Source: Macrostomum lignano (lineage: Eukaryota). From it: a stretch of 52,157 bases of DNA. The position numbers and the translations under genes were made by a program. Below are positions 34,251 to 47,300 of the stretch, piece by piece. Location of the stretch: the NCBI GenBank assembly GCA_002269645.1, contig NIVC01004273.1:1-52157 (forward strand). Reading direction: 5' to 3'. Each line of letters opens with the position of its first letter. The stretch's first letter is position 1. A model generated the notes under the pieces. The model worked only from the letters and a program-made list of their open reading frames with translations, made no database searches and was not told the DNA's origin.

Positions 34251-34999
34251 CAGCGCAATTCAAAAAATAAAACCAGAGACAGCAAAATAAGCAAATAAAC
34301 AAAAACAACAGTTGCTTTCGCCCCCGACTATATTTTTTAGAACACAATTTGACAGAACAAAACAAAAATTTGCATCTGTTAAACACGGAAGGTGTGCATT
34401 AACTTGGGATTATTATATTGCAAGATAAGCTTGAAACAAATACATTTCATAAGCGAAATCAAATTCAAGCTATGTGCAGGTGCTATTTTTTTATCTCTCT
34501 GAAAATACACCAAACAAGAAGCAGAAGATAAAAATTAGGCTAAACCTACTTTTAGTAAAATGTTCAGAACATTTCAGATTAAGACTTCTATAATGCAGAA
34601 TTTGAAGTCACAAAATTGAGTCTAATAATAATATTTAAGACACAGAAGCAGAGAAAGAAACGAAATTTGTAAAACAGACCAAGGTAGAAAAATGGGACAC
34701 AAAAATATGAATTTCAGATCATCATATCTGTATGTACAAAGACAATTTCTAAATAAAGGCTAACCCCAGAATTTCCTGCTTATTAATTGGAAGTTACACT
34801 ATCTCCACATACAATAAAAGACTGGGGCATCAATGTGAGCAATGAATATAATACCTGCCTGTCAATGGACAGATGTACAGTAGCATACTTCCGCGTTTTA
34901 AGGGACTTAGGGCAGCATAACGTCATGCACACATTCATGCAGTGTTTGTCCATCCTTGTTCTGCATTTCTCTGACTTTTCCTGTGCCTCCCTCTCCCCT

Positions 35000-35420
35000 G
35001 GCTCTCCACCTCTCTTCCTGAAGCTCTCCGCCTTTCTCCATCTCTCTACCCGAAGCTCTCCACCTCTACCTGACTCTCTCCGCCTCTGTAGCTGTCTCCA
35101 ACTCTCCTCTATAAATGAAGCTCTCCGCCTCTCTTCTCCACCTATCTCCGCCTCTCTTCTCCACCTCTCTCCGCCTCTCTTCTCCACCTCTCTCCGCCTC
35201 TCTTCTCCACCTCTCTCCGCCTCTCTTTTCCACCTCTCTTCTCCACCTCTCTCCGCCTCTCTTCCCCACCTCCCTCCGCCTCTCTTCTCCACTTCTCTCC
35301 TCCACCTATCTCCACCTCTCTCCTCCACCTATCTCCACCTCTCTCCTCCACCTATCTCCGCCTCTCTTCTCCACCTATCTCCGCCTCTCTTCTCACCTCT
35401 CCTCTTTACCTGACGCTCCG
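35000..35420. repeat. CT-rich degenerate repeat (CTCTCTTCTCCACCTCTCTCCGC-like units)
   Basis: Pyrimidine-dominated tandem tract. Confidence 0.85.
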
Positions 35421-35954
35421 CTTCTCTCCCTGACTCCCTGGATTATCCCTGAGTCTAGTCGCCTCTCTCCCCCTATACTTCCATTGCCTCTTTCTCCCCA
35501 ACTCTCCACCCCTCTCTTCGGTATCCAATCCCGTCTCCGTTTCTCTCCCTGCTTCTCTTATCTCATTCCGACTCTGTCTTCTTCACAACACCGTCCCTAA
35601 TCTAGCTAGCAAGGCAGAAAACTTGTACTGACAAAATATGTTTAGCAAAAAAAGAAGATAAACTTTCTGACTGAAACTCCAAAAAATAAAAAGCATGGCG
35701 ATTAATATACAGCTTTTTAAAATTGACAGACAAGAAAAAAGACTGATAATACGAAGCATAAAATGCCAAAATGTTGGGAGACTTAAACACAGGGCTGGAA
35801 ATAAAATTGCGGACAAATAAATCTATTGATGGATTGCAGGACAGACTAGACAACTGACTTAGGGAGATTTTTCGAGACGGGCGATTCTTAGTCTGCCTTT
35901 TTAATCTGGGCGTTGTTTTAATTGGGCACAGTTCTTAGAGGTATACTCGAATTT

Positions 35955-36483
35955 AGGGTATTTAGGCCATTCTGAGAGTGGTATATTTGGGGTATTTAGG
36001 GTATTTATTTGTGGTATTTAGGCGAATATTTGAGTGGCATATTTGGGGTATTTAGGCTATATATAGAGTGGTATATTCGGGGTATTTAGGCTATTTATAG
36101 AGTGGTATATTTGGGGTATTTATGCTATTTATACAGTGGTATATTTGGGGTATTTAGGCTATTTATAGTGGTATATTTGGGGTATTTAGGCTATTTAGAG
36201 TGGTATATTTGGGGTATTTAGGCTATTTACAGTGGTATATTTGGGGTATTTAGGCTATTTAGAGTGGTATATTTGGGGTATTTAGGCTATTTACAGTGGT
36301 ATATTTGGGGTATTTAGGCTATTTATAGTGGTATATTTGGGGTATTTAGACGACTCTTTGAGAGGTATATTTGAGGTATTTAGGTGAATCTTTCATTGGC
36401 ATATTTGGGGTATTTAGGCTATTCTTTGAGAGGTATATTTTGGGTATTTAGGCTATTCTTTGAATGGCATATTTGGGGTATTA
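35955..36483. repeat. ~31-33-bp minisatellite (GTGGTATATTTGGGGTATTTAGGCTATTTATA-like)
   Basis: Tandem units with a homogeneous core and degenerate edges. Confidence 0.92.
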
Positions 36484-36771
36484 GCGGGAAAAACTGCAAT
36501 TTAGGGAAATTATTGAAAAGCGCCGATATATTATAAATTTAAACGTAAATTCTTCAACCATGACAAAACTAGGACAACTCTGTTATATAAATTATGACAA
36601 AAAATAATTACATGCCAACAAACAATGCATATCGATAATATCAAAAATATGTACAATATTTAACAGATTGTCGCCTCTCTGTGAAAAAACACAGTGCAAC
36701 AGAGCCGCGAAAAGACAACACCAGATTAGACGCACACGAACAGAACATTTTGATTTCCTTCAACTCACAGC

Positions 36772-37209
36772 TCAAGCTTTCTCAGCTGATTCGCGTACCC
36801 ATTCGAAATTCTCGTCAACTAGAAATCCGGCGCTGCTCAGCAGCTTGGCCAGTTCAACTGCGCTGGCCTCGAATGGCGCGATGCACGGGTGCCGCACCAC
36901 CGACTGCAGCTGCACCCGACAATCTGCGGCCGCGTCCGCCGACACGGCGTTGTCCTCGCCGGCCGCGGCAGCCGAGGCGCGACGACGGCGACGCTCGTAG
37001 GCCAGCAGACTGCGGGCGCAGTAGGCCGCCTCCTCGGCCAGGCGCTGCTCCCTGCAAGTAGTAGAAGTAGTATTAGTAGTAGTAGTAGTAGTAGTGGTAG
37101 TGGTAGTAGTAGTAACAGTAGTAGTAGTAGTAATAGTAGTAGTAGTAGTAGTAGTAACAGTAGTATTAGTAGTAGTAGTAGTAGTAGTGGTAGTGGTAGT
37201 AGTAGTAAC

Positions 37210-37247
<38 letters not shown>

Positions 37248-37292
37248 TGGTAGTAGTAGTAACAGTAGTAGTAGTAGTAGTAGTAGTAGTAA

Positions 37293-37330
<38 letters not shown>

Positions 37331-39770
37331 TCATTAGTATTAGTAGTTGTAGTATTAGTAGTAGCAGTAATAGTAGTAGTAGTCGTGTGGTGGTAGTAGT
37401 AGTGGTAGTTGTAATATTAGTAGTAGTAGTAGTGGTAGTAGTAGTCGTAGTATTAGTAGCAGTAGCAGAAGCAGTAGTAGTAGTTTTGTGTTTTCTAGCC
37501 AAATAAATTTCATACTTTGCGAGCTATGGTAGAATAATAGTCAGCCCTTAGCATATTACCTAGCATTCGTGAATGAGAGGTGAAATACGGATATAAAATA
37601 GAATAGCTCACCTGGGCACATCCGCCTGCGGCTGGTAAGGGTAGTGAATCTCGTACACAACCGTGTACCGTTCTGGCCAATCCTTGGCCACCCTATCGCA
37701 GCTGGCGGAGCCGGACAACTCCAGCAAGCGGAACACCGCGGCCTGAGTGCAATGCCCAACAGACTCCATGCCAGCCGGAGGCGAGCCAATGCCAATAAAC
37801 TCTACCGAGTACGAGTACTGACTAGCCAGCGGCTTTGCCCAGGCCTCGAACTCCGCACGACTCCATTCGAATTTGTGATCCCAATGTCGGAAGCCGGCAA
37901 AGCTCGGGCCGAAGCAAACATTGAAGTCGGCATTTGGCGTGGTTACAATCACTATGCGCGGCTTCAAGCAGCCGAATACCTGATAATAAAGGAATGAATT
38001 TAAACACGTAAACGCGGTCACATTCTTTTTGGGCTTGTTCAAAAAATGGCCCAAGAGTTGTCGGGCGATTTATAGCCATGAAGGAACAGAGTGTACATGC
38101 CCGGCAGGGTCGCTGTACATCAGGGGTCGGCAAAAACTCTGGGGCCTGCTAAGCCTCTATCCTGCCTTCAGGTGCTTTAAAACTCACAATAGCAATCTAT
38201 GTCTACGGCTCAAGGCTTGTGTCTTCTCTTCTCCCCTCCTCTCCCTTCTTTTCTATTTTCTTGTCTCCCTTCTCTTCTCTCCTCTCGTCTCTTCTCCCTT
38301 CTCTCCTCTCTTCACCCTTCTCTCCTCTCCTCTCCTCTCCCTTCTCTCCTCTTTTCTCCCTTCTCTCCTCTCTCCTCTCCCCTCCTCTCCCTTCTTTTCT
38401 ATTTTCTTGTCTCCCTTCTCTTTTCTCCTCTCGTCTCTTCTCCCTTCTCTCCTCTCTTCACCCTTCTCTCCTCTCCTCTCCTCTCCCTTCTCTCCTCTTT
38501 TCTCCCTTCTCTCCTCTCTCCTCTCCCCTCCTCTCCCTTCTTTTCTATTTTATTTTCTCCCTTCTCTTCTCTCCTCTCCTCTCCCTTCTCTCCTCTCCTC
38601 TCCCTTCTCTCCTCTCTTCTCCCTTCTCTCCTCTTTTCTCCCTTCTCTCCTCTCTTCTCCCTTCTCTCCTCTCTTCTCCCTTCTCTCCTCTTTTCTCCCT
38701 TCTCTCCTCTCCTCTCCCTTCTCTCCTCCTCTCCCTTTTTTCTCCTTTTCCTTCCTCTACCTCTCATCTGCTCTACTCTCTTCTCTGTTCCTTCGTCTCT
38801 CCCCCTTTGTCCCATCTCTTATTTATTCCCTCTTCTCTCTACCCTCTTCTGGCCCGCAGTCAGACTCTATCTATCTAGCCCTTGAAATAAACGAGTAAAA
38901 CTCTCGGTGCAGTCGAGTTCGCAGCCCCCAACTTAACTCAGTTTAATTTTCAACTCGCTCACTGACACTACATTGATTTGTGAGTTGCGTAACTAACCGC
39001 GGCCAATCTCTGCTTAACTTGCTGCGCATAAATAGCATTGAAGTTGAAACTTCTCTGACATTACTCCCCAAAGACGACTTCAGTAGAATGATGAAAAGAA
39101 AGAATCAAAGTTTATTTGAAGATTTTCTAAGACAGCAGAGCTTTACAAGTACCTGCTCCGGCAGCCGATCCAAATCCCTAGGATGCAGGTGCTCAATGAG
39201 TTCAACAAGCAGGGCAGCGTGAGCTCCAACTAGGCGGGGGTCCGGCTCGCACACGCTGCCGCACATCAGCCTGGCGTGCAGAGGCAGGCGCCTTTTAGCC
39301 AGGTAGTCAGACAGCTCCGGTTTCAAATTGTGCCGGGCTGATTCGGCCAACGCGGCATGAGAAGCGGCCACATCAACAGCAATGTATTGAGTCACAAAGT
39401 CCAACGGTTTAATCCAGCGTCGAAACATTTTACATTCGGCGGCGCCAAAATCTACTACTTTAATGCCGGAGCTACTCATAGTAGTATTAGTAGTAGCATT
39501 ACTATCGGAATTCGCTGCGAAATGTTTTAAACTGTTCGATAATAAATTGCAAACGGTTGAGTAGCGCTGAATATAGAGCGGCGGAGAGAACACCACGGAT
39601 GCTTCTACGCGATCGTGCTCATCTTCTGAGCAGCAACTGTTATTGCTGGATTGCTGCTGCAGCTGCTGTTTAGCCGGTGGCGAATGCAGCGGCAGAGGAG
39701 GCGGGCTGCTCAACTCATCCAGCCGGCTGGTCGCCACTGGTTCGTCTGTGTCCGGTACTGCGACTGCCAT
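36772..39770 (-). CDS. HENMT1: Small RNA 2'-O-methyltransferase HEN1 (~421 aa); exons 39770-39153, 37979-37612, 37051-36772
   Basis: FSPPLYIQRY (FxPP motif), VVDFGAAEC (SAM-binding motif I), VELIEHL, VTTPNADFN and FRHWDHKFEWSR.EF. Canonical GT-AG introns whose phases (0 and 2) join in frame. Exon 3 is less certain than exons 1-2. Confidence 0.93.
37058..37484. repeat. Imperfect (AGT)n trinucleotide microsatellite in HENMT1 intron 2
   Basis: Directly visible; its last units abut the acceptor (ctactacttgcag). Confidence 0.97.
38222..38760. repeat. CT-rich simple repeat in HENMT1 intron 1
   Basis: Pyrimidine-only tract on the + strand with an internal ~120-bp duplication. Confidence 0.9.
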
Positions 39771-39882
39771 GAATGCATTTGGCTGTGTGCAATAGTGCGG
39801 CCTATACTCATCTGTATGTGTCTCTATCGTCCTGACTTATGCCTCATCTCCATCCTCATGTCTTCCATCTCTATTCCTATGT

Positions 39883-40320
39883 CTTTTATCTTTATTCCTA
39901 TGTATTTATCTCTATTCCCATGTCTTTTATCTCTATTCCCATGTCTTTTATCTCTATTCCCATGTCTTTTATCTCTATTCCCATGTCTTTTATCTCTATT
40001 CCCATGTCTTTTATCTCTATTCCCATGTCTTTTATCTCTATTCCCATGTCTTTTATCTCTATTCCCGTGTCTTTTATCTCTATTCCCATGTCGTTTATCT
40101 CTATTCCCATGTCGTTTATCTCTATTCCCGTGTCTTTTATCTCTATTCCCATGTCTTTTATCTCTATTCCCATGTCTTTTATCTCTATTCCCATATCGTT
40201 TATCTCTATTCCCATGTCTTTTATCCCTATTCCCATGTCGTTTATCTCTATTCCCATGTCTTCCATCTCTATTCCCATGTCTTTTATCTTTATTCCTATG
40301 TCTTATATCTCTATTCCCAT
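39883..40320. repeat. 21-bp minisatellite (GTCTTTTATCTCTATTCCCAT)n, about 20 copies, upstream of the HENMT1 ATG
   Basis: Directly visible array fading into unique sequence toward the gene. Confidence 0.96.
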
Positions 40321-40920
40321 GTCAATCACTAAACACAATGATAGAATTAGACAGGTATAAATAATAAAATGAAAAAACAGCCCAAACAAAACAGATCCAA
40401 TAAGAATTCAGTGTCAAGAAAAATTCGTGACTTCATAATGTTCCCTAGATGCTAACAACACAAAAATCAAGCAAAATGGTTGTGAAAAAACATCCATGTT
40501 AACAATGGTACATCACGGGATAGTGGCTCTCAAAAAAGGCAAACTGAAAATGACATGGAAGACAAAAACGAGCGGTTGTTTATAGGGCCGGAATATATAA
40601 ATCAATTTATATATAATGTTAATAATATACGCACACAGACAAGTTTACGGAAGACCGGATAAAACACAAACAATACATAAATAATAAATCAAATCGCAAA
40701 GTCCTAAACCGATAATCTCGTAAAACTCAAGACTGCTCAGAAATTTCTGAAATTAATTAATTAAACAACAATGACCACCACCTTTGTTTACAATCGTTAA
40801 AAAAAACAATAAAAAGACACTTGCACAGCAGTGGAAGCTTGAATGTAGAATTTGGCTGGTGACCTTAAAGGGAAGAATTTTAAAACAAAAAACATAGGGG
40901 TAGCAGATCCTAATGGTTTT

Positions 40921-41101
40921 GCTAGGGCTGGGGTATTAGACGAGCAACCTGAAGGCTTTTCCCAGGGCTGGGGTAGCAGACTCCTGAAGGTTTTCCCAGG
41001 GCTGGGGTATTAAGCAAGCAACCTGAAGGTTTTCCCAGGGCTGGGGTAGCAGACTCCTGAAGGTTTTCCCAGGGCTGGGGTATTAGACGAGCAACCTGAA
41101 G
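40921..41101. repeat. Short array of alternating 34/39-bp units (AGGGCTGGGGTA…CCTGAAGGTTTTCCC)
   Basis: About 5 tandem related units. Confidence 0.85.
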
Positions 41102-41325
41102 GGTGCGAAAGCAGTGAAAAGTGGAGCGGCAAGCATTTAGCGGGATTGCTAACCTCTAACCAAAAAACTATCCAATACGGATTGGAAACAAATAAACAGA
41201 TTTCAAGCACAAAAGCTATATTTAAACAGACAAAACCTACAGTCTTAAACAGCAACAGCCAAACAAACGCTCAATACACAATGACTACAGCACTGCCAAC
41301 AAATGATTGATAAAGAAAGCGTGAA

Positions 41326-44300
41326 CTATCGACCAGCAGAGCCCCTATCTCTGGCCTGCTGCGACCCATTCACATCGAACACGGTGATGTCTTCGTCATC
41401 ATCATCGTCCTCGTCGCCAAGCCGCTGCATCTCCAGCTTGTCAGCGTCCACCAGACCGTAGCGCTTGGACCGTCTGGCTGCTCGCTTCAGCCTTTGGGGT
41501 GAGTTGTTTTAAGTATAAAGATTAGCATTGATAATAACAAAACTGGGCCCTAGGGCGTATGGCCATACAACTTGAGACATATTTCTAATCTATAATACTC
41601 AAGTACAATAAATGATTTTTTGTTGTTTAAAACTACATGCAAGAGTTCCACTACAGCTATACATATGGTATGGGAAATTATGGATATTTCCCATATCTAA
41701 TAGTACAAAAAACTGACACCGAAGTGTCATGGTTGTTTGTACAGCAGTAGAAATGAATGAATTTTGCTAATTTCAAAGCCTTGATGAAGGGAACCCTTAA
41801 GCCCCTGGGGTTGGGGACTCAAACAAAATATTTTGATGCCACAGGCACATTTTACACCATTAAGATAGGGTAATATGGGGCTAAAGTTAGGGTGAAGGCA
41901 ATCCTAGCCATTCTTATATATAATAAGCATCAGACCTGCTAATAATGAGTGATAGGTTACACTATTATTTAGAGAAGAGGTAAATTTTATGTTACCTAGC
42001 TTAGTAGGTAGTAGCCTATACTTTTAATAAATTTATTTACTCAAAATCTAGTAGCACCTTACAAGAGATATAGAAGTTAAAAACAATAAGAAATGCAAAA
42101 TAGATTAACAAATAATTTATTAAAACAACTTATTTTACATTGTTTTAAAAAAATATGTGCACTTTATACACCAATCTAAGTATATGCTATGATTGTATGC
42201 CAAATACCTTAAGGATCCCTTTAATGCAACAAGTGTATTTGGGACCCCTTGTGTGCATTCAAATTTCCATGGCAAAGGCTTTCTTGACTAAGGCATACTA
42301 CCTATTGGAATAAGTTAACAAATCACATATAGCCACCCATCACATTTTTTCTATATTTTCCTGTTGTAGAGAGTTATTAGACCAAACAATAATACTCTAG
42401 TTAAAGTAATATTCTAAGGAAGTCAATTTCTTTCAAAATGAGTCATATCTATTTTAGGAATCACACGCAAACAGAATGATTTAGAACCCTACATTGTTTG
42501 ATCAAGGAACTGGATGTCAACAGCTGTATTTGTTTAACTCCATATATGGTAATGCTCAAACATGCATGACTGCTTAATCAAACATTTTTGACCTAAGTAA
42601 ATAACCAATCCCAAACTGGTTTTTCTCTAAAATTTTGCTATAAATATAAGTCAAAATTCGAGTCAAAAATTCTGACTCAGAGTGGTCTCTAAGAAGATTC
42701 CAAAGAAATGAGAAGACCAATCTCTGAGGGACCACACCTGTCCAATTGGTAAGCATTTACCGGTTTTAGTTATTTTATTGTTAGCGTTAATAAGTTGATT
42801 CATTGTGTAGTGACTGGCTGCTAACTGGCTATTCAGCAGCATTCACTAGCTTTCCCTAAGGGCGCTGTGATCCACTGCACAGTGGCTCAGTCCACCTGAT
42901 CTAGTGAGAGAGGTACCCTGTGCTGGGCCTAAGTGTTTACTGCCTGATGACTCATCGCCTGGGCAGGTGTGGGCAGCCACACTCAATGTCTTCCCACTCG
43001 CGCTGAGAGGCGTAGCAGGATGACTCATCCCCTGCGCGGAGTGTAATGGCTGCCTAGAGGGAGTAAACAGGATGACTCATCCACCCAAGTTCTATTTTTA
43101 GCACAGAAAAGCACGTGACTGTGCACGCATGCTGTGCGTGGCCTTTGACCTTGAGTCACGCCACTGCTGCGTGACAAGGTTGCCTTATTTGGAAGTTGGC
43201 CTTGAATCATGCGTCGTTTGCATGATTTCAATGCCCAAATAAGAAAGTTTCACGCGCTCACCGCATGAAACTCACGTGACTTTTGGGGGTCCGCTCGGCT
43301 ATAAATACGGAGCATCTGCGAGCCATTTTTCTCCAGACTGCGATGTCTTGTGGAGCAACACGGAGCCACACTGCGACGTCTCGTGGAGCAACATGGAGTC
43401 AAACTGCGACGTCTCATGGAGCAACACGGAGTCAAACTGCGTAGCATCGTGGCTGACTAGTGAAGCCTCCTCCGAGCTCTCCCCTCTCATTTCAGGTTTT
43501 TCAGGTTCGAGCAGCATTCTACTAAGATGATCGACTGTCGAGACATTTTCAGATTTGCCTTTGCTCCGAGCGACTTTGTTATTTTTCTTTCAGGTGACGG
43601 ATAGACAACTCTGCCGACGCGTCGAGTCTGCACACCAAGGTGGCAGAAACCCTACCAAGTCACGGCTAACGTTTTAGGTTCATTTTTAGGCAAATCGATA
43701 GGTAGTACAACGGTGCTATCTAGCTACTTCAGGAGCAGCGGGTTCTAATTCTAGGAACATCTTCAAGAACCCGAGAAGGAGTAGTTAGTACTTCAATTGA
43801 GTTTACAAGAGCTGTTTATTGTCGACACAGTTAAGAAAGGCCTCCTTGTTTCCTAGGATATATTCCTAGAGGATTTATTTATTTAATTGAGTTATCCGTT
43901 ATGTTTCGGATGTAACAAAGAAGCCGCCCTTCAGGAGGACCTATCACAGAAAATTAGAGAATTTAATTGTTCATTAGGGTGCACATTCTACTGTTAATTC
44001 TGAGCTCGAGGACTGTCAAGAAGTTCTGATTCTCTCTTGTTTTTGGTTGACCCACAGATAAAAGTCAAGGACTCCCGGAGGTACTGAGTCACCTAAGCCA
44101 AACCAAGAAGTCCATAAGCCACTAAAGGATCCGCTGGAGTAAGAGTTATTTGATTTTGCATATATGCTCGGACCTAGGCACTTGTTCCCCAGTGTCTAGA
44201 AGTGGGAGTTTTTGAGTGACTGATCAGCACTCTTAAACTCTTCACAATGTTATATTGCCAATCCAAGAAAGTGGCAATTGCATCACATTGAATAGCAATA

Positions 44301-47300
44301 AAGAGCAGGGTAGTATTATTATGTCTTGTAACAAAGTGCAGTGAATGGGCAATAGTGCTAGAAGCATGTTGCTTATTTTTTACCATAGGATTAATCAGTT
44401 GTCACTTGAGAATTTCAGTATAGACTTTCAGAATTTTTACTTCATTTTTTGTAAATTTTAATATCTTGGTTGTTATCTGTTTTTTTCTGCCATGTTCTAT
44501 GATTTTTAATCATTATTTTTTGCCTTTCTGTTTTATTTTTGCTAATTAATAAGTGGGAACAGAAAAATTTCTAAACAATATTTTAGTAATTTTGTACTGC
44601 ATTGTATTTTGTATTCTTTTGTTGTATGTGTTGTGCATTTATTCCATTTAACCTACTTTTTTGCATCTGTCTTGCATATCTGTGGGTTTTTGAAAGTTAT
44701 TCCAATAGGAGGCATGCTATAAAGAAAAATATAATTCTTTTTGCCTTATATATTGTATATAGTTCATAATTATAGTTATGTATAGTTATGTATAGTTATA
44801 GTTCATAAAGAATGTTTTTACGACAAGGTAAATTTCAAAATTGTCTTAGTTTATAATAATACAAGCTGTTGAAACCCTCGGATTTTGAACCCGTGGAATT
44901 CCCATAACCGGAACTATTTTTGCATGTATTCTACCATCTGAAGTCACACTCAAACAAAAACTTGTTAATAGTTAGGATAGAGGTAAACATAAAATAGAGT
45001 AAATTCATGTAAAATTAAGATTTGAGGCAAGTATTTATCTTGCTGGTTGGGGTGCTATGCAGAATGTCGGGCAATGTCTGTCTGACTTTTAAACATGTAT
45101 TAGAAGACTCTGGCCTCTGCCTCTCCCTATATCCCTTGGATCCTTTGAAACTTCTATTTTCTTTTCTTCTTTCTTGTCTCTTGTCTCTCCTTTCATCTCT
45201 TCCTTTTTCCTCTCTCATCTCTTCTCTTTTTTCCTCTCTCCTTTCTACTCTTTTCTCTCTCCTCTTTATCTTTTCTCTTTATTCTCTTCTCACTCCTCAC
45301 TCTTCCCTCTCTTAACACTTCCCTCTTTTTTCCTTTCTTCTCTCAACTATCTCCTCTACTTATTCATCTCTACTCTTTCCTCTCATTTCTTCTCTTCTTT
45401 TCTTTTTCCTCTCTCTTCTCTTCTCGTCTCTTCCCTCACCTCTCTTATCATCTTTGCTCTGTCATTTCTCCTTTCTCTTTTTTATCTTTTATCTTTTCTC
45501 ATTTTTCTCCATTCTCTCTCCCTTTTTCTCCCCACCTTTCTCCCTCTCTCTTACATGTATCTCTCCGATCCATTTCTCTTCCCCTCTCTACTCTCTCTCT
45601 CTCTCTCTCTCTCCATTCTTCTCTTTCCTCTCCTCTCTCCTGACTCACTTCTCTCTCCCTTTGTCTCTGCTCTCTCCTCTGGTTTCTGTAATCTCATTTC
45701 CCTTACCTCTTATTTCTCCTTTTCTTCTCTACTCTCCTATCTCTCGTCTGTTCACTCTCGTCTCTGCTCTTTTATCTCCCCTCTCTCATCTATAGTCTTT
45801 ACTCTCTTATATGTTCTCTTACCTCTCTCTGTACTCTTTCTTTCCCCTTTTTTGACTCCTTACTTTTCTTTCTCCTTTCTTCTCTTTTCTTTTCTTTTCC
45901 TTCTTCTGTACTCTACCTCTCTTGTCTCATGTCTTCTCTCTCTACTTTCCTTTCTCCTCCTTCATCTCTCATCTCTTATTTCTCATCTTTCCTTACACCT
46001 CTCTTATCTCTACAACCTTCTCTATCCTCTTCCCTAAAAGTCTACCCATCCCTGCTTAGAAAGCCAATTTGTGAGACGTACTACTCATGGTTGGTCTTAG
46101 GCTTAGATCATATCATCTTTCTTTCTTGCAAATTTGTAGCCCTGACAGGAATTTGTATATTTTCAGCTTCACTGCAGTCTACATCAGCCTAACAACCAAG
46201 GAAATATGCATTTATTAGAAGGCTAAATTTTAAAGTACCTTTAAGAGAAACCTTAAATTTCCATGGTGTGACTAATTTAGAAGGGTTATATTGCTTTGCA
46301 TCGCTTTCTCATAAATCTTTCACTTTTACAAACTATACTGGATTGTCTTGATTTGCCAATTGCCATCCACCATTAAACTGCTGCAGAGTTTGCCTATATA
46401 GAGGGCAGTGGTTAGAATTTCTCACTAAACTATCATGGCTAAGTGTAGCCTCTCCACTCTCAGGGTGCAGAGAGGGCTTTAAAAAAGTTATTCCAAAATT
46501 TTAAGGCTTATTGCAGGCCCTATAGATACTCAAAGGTTTTGAGCCTGGCTTTAAGTCAGCTTTTCTCATGGCAAGCCAGTTATTTAATAGGCCTAGCCTG
46601 TTTGTTTGGGTGCAGCCCATTTCGGCAAAGGAATTTTTGGCGAAAGACACTTTGGCAAAAGTGAATTTTTAGTTTAAATCGATATACATTTCAGCAAAAG
46701 AAAGTGACTAGTTCGGCGAAAAGATCAGCTACGTAGTACGTAGGCCTATATATCAATAATTGCAAATATATATTTGGTGATTGAAGCTTTTAATAAATTA
46801 TTCATTGCTGCAATTTATTTGCAGTTAGAAAATTTAAAAACTTATGACTTAGCCGGTAGCTATGTTATGTACATGCGCGATCTATCAATATGCAATCGAG
46901 AGATTAGGGATGATGACAGTGTGTAACAATTGTGGTTTTTAAGTTGTTCCATTGATCTTCTAGTTTCTAAAATCGAACTTTTAAATCCTGCAGTAACGAA
47001 ATAGCATCCAATAAAACAACTGAATTAAACTGCGACAGAATAAAAAACATGTCACAATAAAATTAGTCTTTATAAAGTTCGTTTCTTCCTAACTTTCTCC
47101 TACAAGTGTAAAACAACAAAAACTCTTCACCAAACCTTGAAACAAATCTTTCGCAAAAATGGTCAGCTTTTAGACGAAATAGTCATTGTCAAAGTATTTT
47201 TCGCTGTTATTGACTTTCGCCGAAGTGGGTTGAAACCGTTTGTTTATGGCCATTTTTATTCAAGTGAAAAATTATGGAATGATAGCTATTTTTAGCAGAG

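Noticed and set aside
36837-37506. Poly-Leu, poly-Ser and poly-Val ORFs
   Set aside because: Frames of the (AGT)n microsatellite inside HENMT1 intron 2.
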